Positions 34,801-46,800 of a DNA stretch of 64,000 nt are shown piece after piece (positions within the stretch are counted from its first letter, which is position 1; each line of letters starts with the position of its first letter). The DNA is from Callorhinchus milii (lineage: Eukaryota). The stretch covers positions 68,884,001 through 68,948,000 of the forward strand of contig NW_024704743.1 of the NCBI RefSeq assembly GCF_018977255.1, read 5' to 3'. Below the pieces are notes generated by a model that was not told the origin of the DNA, ran no database searches, and saw nothing but the letters and a program-made list of their open reading frames with translations. The position numbers were made by a program, and so were the translations under genes.

Positions 34801-37800
34801 TCCTTTGTGCAAGGCATCACAGCCCATGAACAATGTATGTTAGGTACTTTCCACGAACAGACTGTCAAGAGAGCAGAGGAAACAATAACAGGGTTACAAA
34901 TAAAAAATGCAAAGGAAAATATTTCCTCTGAACTTTAGCTTCAGCTTTCAATATTCATCTGAAGCCAGAGAGGAGATTACAACATCAATCTCACAAATAC
35001 TCATATTGAAAACATCAGACACTTCAACCACATGACAGACACAGCGGCAGATAATTTGAGGGGATATGATATTCTCTGTCCAGAAACTGAACTTTTAAGA
35101 ATCTGCCAACGTGAACTGTTTAACTGCTCCCATACTGCCCCTCAATTGCTGCTTCAACAGGAAAAATAATCAAGAAATACCCCATGCAAAGCTACTTTAA
35201 CAATGTGTTACTGTTAAATTCATAAATCACTAAATCATCTTCCACAAACACACATCCAATCTAATTAGAATTCAGTGCAGTGCTGGGGGCATGTTGCACT
35301 GTCCTTCAGACGAGATGTTAAACTGAGTCCCTGACTGCCGGTTCAGATGGGCATTAAAGATCCTGTGGCATTTACTCGAAAAGAGAAGGGATTTTCTCAC
35401 AATGTTCGGCCTAACAATCCTCCAAATAAAAATAGGTCATTCATTTCATGGCTGTTTGTAGGACATTACTGTGTGCAATTGAGCTGCTTGTTCGTGTAAA
35501 AATACACTTTACAGTAAATCCTGTGAAGCACTTTCGGATGTCCTCTTGACATGAAAGGCACTATACCAAATACAACGGTTATTATTATTATATTAACCCT
35601 GACTTTGGTTGATTCTATAGAAATGTGACTTTTCTCATCCAAAAGCACATTTAGTTTGATAAACGAGCGTTGGAAGGAAACTTTTTTTTTTTGAAGTGCA
35701 GTTCTGATTTTTAGAATATCAGAGTTAAATTTAATATTCTCTCAATTGTGTCCACTTGCCCCTCACAAGGTAGACCAGGTGCTCAGCAGCTTAAGTGAAA
35801 TATTGGAACTTAACTTTTTAAAAAAATTCAATTCTTAAATGGCATTTTACTACACAATGATGAACAACAACAACAACATTACATTTGTAAAGCTCCTTTC
35901 ACGTTGGGTGGACGTCCCAAGTCGCTGGACAGTGTACAACATTTCAGACAGCATTTCAGCCAATTTTACACCTTTAACCAAGACTTCGTTAACAGGAGGT
36001 TCAAAAAGTAATAATCCTTGCATTTGATTTAGTGCCTTACATGTCAGATGGACATCTCAAAGTGCTTCACAGGATTGACTGTAAAAGGTGCAATGACTAT
36101 ATTGCGGGTGAATGCAGCAGCAAATTTGTGCACAACAATGTCTTGCAAACAACTATGTTGTTTTATCTGGGGTATTGCTGGCCAGGACAGTGGGAGAAAC
36201 TCTATGGTGCTATGGGATTTTTAACCTAACCTTAACAGGTAGATGGGACCTCAATTTAACATCTCATTGCATTTCTGACAATGCAGCACATCCCAGCAGT
36301 GCATTGCATGTTAGCTTGGAACTGTGTGAGTTATAACACTGGGCTTGAACCTACAACTTTCTATCTTAGAGGCCAGTGAGCTACCAACTGAGACCGGCTG
36401 AATCCACTACACAGGTTTAAAGGCAAAATGAAAACTAAACTGGATTGTATGTCCTAATTTTGACTGACACTGCTCAAAGAGAGAAGGGGGTTTCTCCCAG
36501 TGTTATGGAGAGTTGCCGGTATATTCATTATGTGAGTTTTGACATTGTCATTAACAGATTATTCCAATGTGAGGATTGCTACAATCAAACCCGACATCTA
36601 CACATTTCTTTCAGAAATAGTAGCAAATTGTGGCAATTAATGCTTTAAACAGTCACTACATTTTACAGTATATCCTGTGAAAGACTCCAAGACCGATGGG
36701 CGATGTGATAAGGTGCTATATCAAATGCAACGATTATTATTATTAGTAGTAATTCTGCTTCCTCCCCTGCTCCAAAAGTCTGAGATGCTCCAATTTCAGT
36801 GACCCCACCATTACTTGGTTGCACTTGACAGCGAGTACATACAGCAATCAAACCTGTTATTGCTTAAGCACCACACCATCTGTTGCACTTATCCATTGAG
36901 CAAGCCGATAGTGCTTCTGTTAAAATATATTACTAACCTATTATTCAGAATTGTATAGTTAAAACCTTGGAATCAGGTTATATAAAAATTATAGATGAAG
37001 AACTTACATGTTTAAAGACGACACGCACACAAATTAGTATGCCACAAAATGTAGATACACACATGAAACATTAATGACAGAAATGTACAGAAGTTTAGGA
37101 GTTGAGATCTGTGCTGGATAAGTCGCGATCTCAAACTTTACATAATCTTTTCACAACGAAATACAGTCAGAGAGATAAAGCCAGAGATGTACACAATGCA
37201 AGCAATTTCAGAAATAAAAAAGGCTCCATTCTCTAAAACCTCTGCCATGAATCGCACTGAAATATATTGAAAACTTTCCCCTTTCCATTGGTTATGTTGC
37301 TGTTTATTATGCATCTGAAGAGAATCATGTGATGGATCATTGACATACATATATTGCTCAACTACTGGTGAAGACTGTTTGGCAGACGTAAATGCAAGCA
37401 GCCGTCAAAGTGATGGGGGAAATTCTGCATTTGATCACAGAATATAAAAATGAATCATTCAGTTTGGCTGAAATCAAATTTGAACAAGGATGAGTGAGTG
37501 TTTGTTGGCCAGGGCTGGAAGGGTGGACAGTCAACAATTGTCAGATGATAACCTACGTCATTATGTCAGTGGAGAATTCTAACAATAAAAAAACCTTTCA
37601 CTTGATGTACACCTTTCCCGTCAGGAGGATATCTCACATTACTTCACAGGACACTTACTGTTAAGTGTAGTGACTGTATTTTCTGGCAAAATACAATAGA
37701 TTTATAGACATTATATAAAAATAAAAGTAGTCTGATTTCATTAAATCTTCAGCATATCTAAATACAGTGATACAAGTGACTGAATGGTAGGGTTACTCAT

Positions 37801-40800
37801 CTGTAGATAACACCAAGGAATTACAGATGAAAGGTGACTGAAAAGCTCAATCTGTTGTCTCGGTTTATTTATTCTGTCTGAGGATATGGGCGTTGCGGGC
37901 AATTTGCTGATAATGTATTGCCCATTTCTAGTTACCCTGAGAACTTGATGGGCCCTCTCTAAACTCCTGCAGTCCTTGTGGTGATGGTGTAGTCAGTGTT
38001 GTTTGGCAGGGAGTTCCAGAATTTTGGCCCAGCAACGATACAGGAGCTGTGATTATACATCCAAGTCAGAATGGCATGTGACTTGGAGCCAATGTTCATT
38101 TGATGCTACTTCTTTTTTTCTTCTGATCTAAGTGTCTACTGCTCTGTGAAGCCAATCTCTATTATCACAAAGCAAACATATGAGGAATGAGGATGTCACT
38201 GAAAGCATCTTCAGGAAAAAACACCAGCAAATGATTGCTTACAGATCCCCATCACAATTGCAGATGCAATTTGTTTTTGCAATTTCACCAGTCTCCATTT
38301 GACATAATTAGCTGCCTATTATTCATTTTGCTACAAACTTTACATTGCAATGTTGGAGCAGAGTCCTCCTCAAACAACAAACATGACCTAAATGGGAGTA
38401 CGAGCAAATATGTGCAAAGAGACAAATAGCCCAGTATGCCAAAAGCCTGAAAACCAAGCCAAACTTTTTTTTTACTGCCCACACTGAAATGATTCTTTAC
38501 TCAGTATGGCTTGATCCAGAAACAATGCTAATGCAAGGCTGATTCAAAACAGAATTTTTTATATATTTTGGTGCAAACTCAATCAATGTAGCTTCTTTTT
38601 AATTCTGCAAAAGTGGCACACATTGTGGAAAAACAAAATCTAACTTCTCCTTATGAAAGGGATTTTCACTCAACTGGAAAGTTTTTGCTATGAATAGCAT
38701 CCTGCCCTAACTAAACACTAGCTCCTGGTAACTGAAGGGTCTCCTTCAGTAAAGCTGCTTTAGGCCATGGACAAGGGTCGTCCCGTGCAGCTGAAAGCAT
38801 GGTGACATTAATGAATTCACAGCAGGAAACCAGTGAGCAATGAGGCCAGGTTTACATGCCAGATGTAATGGTATTTTTGATCTGCACACAGTCATTAAAC
38901 TACATGACTGTGCCCTCGAATGGCTCTATAAAAATCCATCACAAGTCAAGTAGACGAAATGTCAAACCAGAAGATTTTTTTTCCATACTCTCAAATGTTA
39001 GATTTTTTTAAAATATAAAAAAGAAGTTTGTGTTGAGTTCTGCATACACAGCCATTGCATTGTTCCCATCAACAGCTATAGACTATCAAACTGCCTTTTC
39101 CATTAACCAGCATAAACTAGGTTAACAAAATCTACACCCCCACACTTTAGTACCCTTATAAGGATTGTCAATTAAATTACACACTTTAGTGTGAATGTTG
39201 TATGTTCTTCACCAACACTTTTACAGGACCAACTCCGAAAGGGCATGAAATGAAAGTAAAGTAAATAAAGTGGTAACATGCAGCCTTCATTCAAAATCAA
39301 TGATGATAGTAACCTGCCTCTTCCCTACGTTCTCAAAAAAATAATCAGCTGTGTACCAAGTGCTAGAATCGCTTTGGGACACTAAAGAAATGAGGAAACA
39401 CTGCCCACAGTACTCACACAATGAACACATTCACAGTGTGTTGCCCCATCTCCCTGGGAGAGGAGCGCTAACAGTAAAACATACAAGTGAGCACAAACAA
39501 AAACGGAGCAGAAGAATCTCATGCAAACATGTTATGACTATGAAACATTTTCAGATAAATGGGTCATGTTTGTACTGGGGAGCACTGCAGGAGAATGGTC
39601 AGGAATTGATGTTTGTGCAATGAAATGTTATTCAGTGAAGTAGGCCCATCAGCAGCAGGCACAATGTTGTGTTTTTTTAAAACTACTCTCCCTTCACTTG
39701 GGATCTGGTTTTGCCACGTTTTATACATTTTGTGTCTGTTTATACATCTTATATCTGTTTTTCAACACTGTAAAGGTTTTGAGACTTTTTTTCTATGTGA
39801 AAGGCGCTGTTATGAGTTCAGGTTTTTAACCATACTAATGAAACAAACATTTCCTATTTGCAGCTAAACTCTTTTCCTTAACCACCTGTTAATATTTAAT
39901 CTCCTCCAAAGCCTTTCATCTTGTGAGGCTGTCTCAAAGCTCTATAGAGCTCTGCATCAAATGATGATTGCTATTGCAGTTATGACAGTTTTGGTAAAAC
40001 AAACAGCATCCTGTGATAATATGAAAGTGCTGACCAGTGATTCAGGCAACTGGAGATCAAACCCCTTTATAGACTGATTGGGATTTTATGGATCCCAACT
40101 AGCGTGTTTGGGATTCTACTGTATTTTCTTAATTGGTCGAGTTACATCACATTTTCACTGTGCTGAAGATAACAAAGATAACATTAAGTGTCAGCCTGCA
40201 CTCTCGCCTCTGCAGTGCAATCCTGTGAAGTGCTTTGAGACATTGATGACCTAATAGAAGGCAATACATAAAATGCAAGGATTGTTATATTAAGAGGTGT
40301 GGCCTTGGATGTAAAACGCTCAGTTAGAAAATGCAAGAAATCAGAGAAGGAAAACGATAATAACTTACTATTCCAAAACTAGGATCATTTCTGATGGCGT
40401 CTCATACACCTCATACAGGTTGATGACCCAAGGATTGGATTTAGCCATTTCCAGCACTGCAATCTCGTGAATAATTTCCATTCTGGAGTCTTGACCTTTT
40501 CTTCTTTTCCTCATAAATTTGGCAGCATACTCTTTTCCTGTAGCCTTTTCCGTGCATTTTTTAACGACTGCAAATTTACCCCTGAATAAAACAAAACATA
40601 TACGTTTTTAATTATTTTACCAGACAAACTAATGTTTTGGAACTTTACTGTACCCACAGATATTTCAAACAGTCAATGGTACCTCAAGTGGTTTCATTCA
40701 CCTGAAGAACTTAAAGCAGGCACTAAGTGTCTGTCAAACAATAGTTAGTCAGCGATGTTCAGTGGGCAAATCTTGTTCCTGAAATGCCAGGTTCAAATTC

Positions 40801-43800
40801 AACAATTCAAAGAAAATATGAGGTGATAATTATTAAAGATCATAGTTAAAGTCCGTTTGGTTTACCATTTTGTTCCTAGTAGATGTACATACAGTAAATT
40901 CCAGATAACTTGTTGCTCCAAGAGAAAATGGCTCAATGACTTGTTATCTGTGGCGAATTAGGCATAGGTCTTCCTGGGCCACAAGGGGACACTGCGACTG
41001 GTGCAGGCACTCGCAGAGGCCTCTGGTCGATTGGAGGGCCATGCCTTGGCTTAACACCCATCCTCCCGCCCTATCCTCTGACCTATTAAGAGTGTGGGAG
41101 GCCACAGTGCGGCCTTCCAATAGACTGGAGACGTCTGCGATGCATATGAGCTTGCGCGCTCAACCACCACCGAGCCTCTGCACCATTCACAGGAAAGGGC
41201 GGGAGACTTCTGAGATGCAAAATGCCATCTTATAGGTTGAGTTATCCAATCCATCTGACATTGTATGTACTTACAAGAATTTTTAGAATGTGGTGAGTTA
41301 TGTGTTAAGCAGAGTGACAAGGGAAGCTATGTCCCCTATTAATATTTTGCAGCCGGGATATTGACAGCATGGCGAATGATGCGGAATTTACTGCAATTGC
41401 AAATTAAAGTATCCAATGCTTAATTTTATTTAGCAATTGCAGACCCAAGTCTAAGCACAAAAAACAGAAACAGCATCACCTATAGCACATTGGTGCTGGT
41501 ATTTGCATTAAAACTGCAATAACGAAGCAACAGCCAGGTTCAGTAATGTCAACTGCAGCTACCAAATGAAAGAGATACAAATATTTGTTTTGTTCAATAA
41601 ATTTATCCTGTGCCTTAAAATACACCCTGATTTAGCCACATACAAACTTAAGGTATACATTTAGAATTATAACAAATTGCATTTAAAGTATTTGTGCCAG
41701 TAATTTAGTTTGAGTTTAAACATAACTTTGTGCTAAAGTGTACTATATACAGCTTTTAAGTCTGTTCTAGAACTAAAATGACCAAGTATGTAACTCCTAT
41801 TATCAAGTGCCCATAATTGTTCCAGCCTATATTATATTAGTGGGTGGTGTCTATGAGGAAATAGGCCTGTTGAGAGAAGAGGGAGGGACATATATGAGAT
41901 TAAAAATGTTTTAAATATAATGGCTGTTCAATTTAAAGATTAATGCGGCCATTCAGTTGCCTTTCAACACTTAAAAGAACCATTACCGAAATGGAAGAAA
42001 AACAGTTTAGTTGCAGCTGAATAGTTAGGATCTGTCTGTCTAAAGTCTGACCAGCAAGAAGTTTTGTAAACATTGCACACCAACAGAGATATGACAAACC
42101 TCAATATGCGCTTGACTTTTTATTGAAAATTCTTGTTTTAAACCGAGACTTCCGATTACATCATTGCAAGTGTTTGCCTGAAGCAGTTACTGATTCAGAG
42201 TTTATAGAAGTGAATTATCAATTTTCATGATCATGAACACTATAGGGAATTTTAGCTTTAGCTGTCAAAATTCACTTCTGTCATGGCATTGTGCTCCATT
42301 ACACAATGCAGATGCAAGAACATGATTCAATTTGGGAGTTTAAAACCAGAACTGGAGAACAATTGCATAAAATTCATAAGTTTCTACTACAGCTAAAGAT
42401 TATATGGATTTTTTTTCCTGAAGAGTAGTGCATGCACAAAACAGAAATCAAGTCAGAAGGAGTCAATGCTGTATTAACGTTAATAATTGGATGAACATCT
42501 AATTAGGAATTGAATTGAGGGTTACAGGGTACAGACAGAAGTGGCCAAATGCTGTATGGAACATGACAGGCATGCCACAAACGACAACTAGACAAGGATG
42601 AAAGGTTAATTGGTAATTTGCTCAATTTATTTTCAGTAATAATAAAGGCCAGACTTTATAAAATATTTCCTCAGATTTTGACACAAGCTTGATACAGTTC
42701 ACAGTGGGGTCAATTTAGCACTGCATTCAATATTTACAAAAGGGATGGGAAAGAGGAAAAACAAGGATTGGATTACATAACGAGCTACAAACTGGTGTTT
42801 GAATCTAGCGCATACTGACAACTGAAAATAGTCGCTCAGGTCAATTACATGGGTTCCCTTCACCAGGTCCCTGATTGTGTCCATTTTCTACAATATTGCC
42901 CATCTCAGTCACTCGATCACCTAAGTACAGCCAAAACTTCATCCTGACCTTGGTCACCTCCAGGGTTTACTTCTCTAATGGATGCACTCTAGCCTCCGGA
43001 AGCTCTACCCTTCACAAGCTCTGGACCATCCAGAATTTGGTTGCCCACATTTTCTTTTGCACAAGGCTTCACAAACCCATCACTTCCATCTCCCCAGACT
43101 CCACTGGCTCCCTTTCCCCTGTTAGCAAAGAAGAAGGGCGTAAGATGAAGGGTTTCAGAAGAAAATTGCAAAGGGTGGGACAAAATGGCTCTTGATATGC
43201 AGACATACTCTTCCCTCTACACCCTTCTCTCGCCTCCATTAACTTGCCCCACCATCAGCAGAGCTTCGCCCACAAATATAGAGTCAATTCACTTTACAGT
43301 TTATTCTGCTCTATCAAATGCTAAAAATATTATTTATTTTATCATACACAAGACAAATATCAAACTAAAATCCACATTAAAACTATAGCTATATCAAATG
43401 CAAGAATTATTATTATTATATCAAGTTGGATTTTGAGGCGGCATCGATTCAATATGAAGTCCTGTCCCTTCAATGAACTCCAGGAGGTGGTTTCAGAATT
43501 GAATCAATGCCATTAGCATGAAGTATGAATCCAGCTTTGCTGCAGCCAAAGTTCTAAATTTAAAAAGTTCAAAGGATCCATAGTCTTTCATTCTTTAAAG
43601 ATATTATTGAATAGCTACCGCACCCCTGACTAACAGATTACCAAAAAAACTAATGAGTGCGGATCTCTACACGGGCCTTGGTGAAGTCATTTCAGAACAA
43701 ATAAGTATGTCTCAAGTTTCCACTGTTAAATTCTACACTGATAGAAAAGAGGGCAATTAGGCCCTAACACAAATATCCACCAAAGTTGGAACCCTCACTT

Positions 43801-46800
43801 GGAGAAATACCGAGCATATCTATCTGTGAGAAATGGAAAGACTCACAGTTGTGCTGTAAGGAGTGGTCAAGCACATTGTTGGGTGACTTCCAGCGAGCTA
43901 TAGTGGGTAACTGATGAAGACTTAATTTACCTCTATATAGGTTCTGTGCAGCCTGAGAATGCTTGAAGCACACCATGGGTGCTAAAACTAGAAAGTCTTT
44001 ATTCCCTAGGACAGACAACCCTCAATTTGTTAACACAAAACTCACATAAGGTTGTTAGAATATGGAATGCCTCCCTATAAATGCCTCTTGAAAGGGAAGT
44101 ATCAAAGGGTATTGGATAAATACTCAAAATATTTAGTATAGGGAAAGAGCATGAAAATGGGATTGGTGTAAGAACATCCAGTGGAGAAACCCAGCAACAG
44201 TTTGGGCACTTTAGGTCAAATGCTCTCTTCAGTGCTGTAAACTTCCAATGGATTTGATAGTGATTTTTTTCCAAAGCAAATTTTTGTTCTATCCAGCCTA
44301 TTTATATCAAACAAGTACAAAAAAAATCACAGTTTTCAAAGACGTACTAAGTCTTACTCTACAAGAACTAAATATAGATGGCATTACTGAACATCTTGGA
44401 TTTTTTCCAAGCTGTTGTGACTCCTTCACGTAAAATAACTTACAGCCACATTTGAGTAGCAAGAAAAATATCTTCTGTATTACTTAGTCGCAGCTTCTGG
44501 AAATGAAGTCAGTGGTGCTTGCATTACACTACTGAATTTTCCAGGTCTTCATCACATCACTTTACTTGCCCAGAACGGTCTCCGAATGCAAATCAAGAAT
44601 AGCTGGATAGTGTGGTGCCTCAGGCACGACAGGATGTCACTATGTTATCATAATGAAGGAATTTCCCATCGTGGCACACATGTCAATGTGGACAGAGACT
44701 ACTTTTAGAATATAGACCCATAGAAATTTACAGCACAGAAGAATGCCATTCACATATCAATCTGAGCGTGGAGTAATTTCATTTTTCTCTGTCACATCAG
44801 GACTTAAGTTAGAAACCACACGGAGGACATTAATGAGGTGCAATAATGGTCCTTTCATTTCTGAGACGTTATTGTCGGCAAATGTCAGACCGACAGAAAC
44901 TTGGATCCTGAATAATCCTTTGTTTGCTTGGCTAGATGTCCTTTTGAACCAAACTCTTTTCTATTTTTAAAATTAGAAAAGTGCTGAGAGTATTACCAAT
45001 GGAATATAAATATTTCCGTCTTCAATAAAATTGGCAAAGTTAGACCTTACAATTGCATTACTCATGCTAAGAATGATACTTTGTTTGAAATACCAACTTG
45101 TAAGGAACAAAGAATATATATAGCTCCTTATATCGAAAGCTCTTAAACAATTACGATCAAGAACAGTGACTTGTTTTTGTCGGCCATTTCGGCCAGCACG
45201 GTCTTTTGAACCACCCCACATTGAATGGCCAATTAATCTATAGGATTGTTCTTTGCTTTTAATAGTCTCAGGGATCTTTAACTTCACCCGAGCAAGCAGA
45301 CAGAACCTCGCTTTAATGTCTCATCTGAAAGATAGCACCTCTGACAATGCAGCAATTCCCCAGCACTGACTATTCAGTGTTAGCCTAGAGTACAAATGCA
45401 AAACCCAACATTGGGCTATTTTCATTACAATTCGGACCCAGAATTGAGAATGGTATCAACTGATCTGAGCTGATAGATATGAAGTTTGAGGTCCCCATGG
45501 TTCTTTTAGAGTTAAACTGATTATCATTTATATCAGGCTGGCTGGGTCATAGAGGGCATGTCCAAACGTTTGTGTTGGGGCTTAAGTGTTGAGAGGTCCT
45601 TATTTCCCCCTCAAAAAAAAGCAAACCAAAAGCAGTTTACAAGCAAAATGAGCTAACAACTGCACTGTTCAGAGTTTCCTGATGTAAAGACAACCCATTT
45701 CCTGGCCTGTTGTGAACTTGAGGCCACCAGCTGTCTGTGGAGACGTGCCGTTGCTCTGAATCTAATTTTGTTTCTCTTCTCCCAAATAAATCGAAATGAA
45801 TTCTTTTGTGGGACTACATAGCTGACAGATGAAGTCATCCTTACACAGTGCTCATTCTCTCTCCTTGCGCCCCTCTCTCTCCCCTCGCCCCTCTCAACCC
45901 CTCCAGCACACCAGATACAGTGACACACTTTGTGCATGTAAATGGTCCCAAGCAATGTGAGAAGATTCAGTGACAAAAACAAAGTTTATTTTTCTACCAC
46001 CAAAACTTGCGAGAGTGGGAAGGAATCCTTTGCCATTAATTAATTCAGGTTTGGATTCACAAATTACTTCACCAGTCTGTGTAACGTATACTCTTAACTT
46101 GCAGCGGAGATAGCAAAGCAATCCACACCACATCAAACCTGTTTTCACAAAACTCCTTAGACCTAGTTCCACATCCTGAATTTGAAGCTACTCCACGGCC
46201 ACTTTAGTTGATGACTTATAGTCTAGGTTGACACTTCAGTGCCTCACCTGCCTAAATGGATATTGAAGATCCCATAATATCATTCCAAATGACAAGGGAG
46301 TTTCTCTCTGCCCAACAATTTTTCAAGATTAATTACAACAGCAACAACTTGCACATATATCGCTCTTCACGCAGGGTAGTGTCTCAGAGGTCTTAACAGT
46401 GGCAGAGCCTGACTCTGAGCAGGGAGAGGGGGGGAGGTGGCCATAAGCATTGTTGAACAGGAAAGTCTTCAGTTGGGACTTGAAAGAGGGGAGAGAGGGG
46501 GCAAGGCGGAGGGATTGAACGAGAGTGTTCCAGAGTTTTGGAGCATAATGTCTGACCTCCAATGGTGGGGTGGAGGGTGCGAGGGATGAGCAGGAGGCCG
46601 GCGCCAGTCGAGCGGAGACACCGGGTGGCAGATTGGTGAGTGAGGAGGTTGGAGAGGTAGGGAGGTGCCAGGGAGTGAATGTATTTGAACACGAGTGTGA
46701 GGATCTGGGAAGTCGATCCGTTCGGTGATGGGGAGCCAGTGGAGCCTGGGCCAGAACTGGTGAGATGGGGGTATGGAGTTTGGTCTGGGTCAGTATGTGG

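Noticed and set aside
44797..44911. Weak terminal inverted match TCAGGACTTAAGTT / AACTTGGATCCTGA (similar weak case near 30865-30990)
   Set aside because: Too short and degenerate to call without a genome-wide family search
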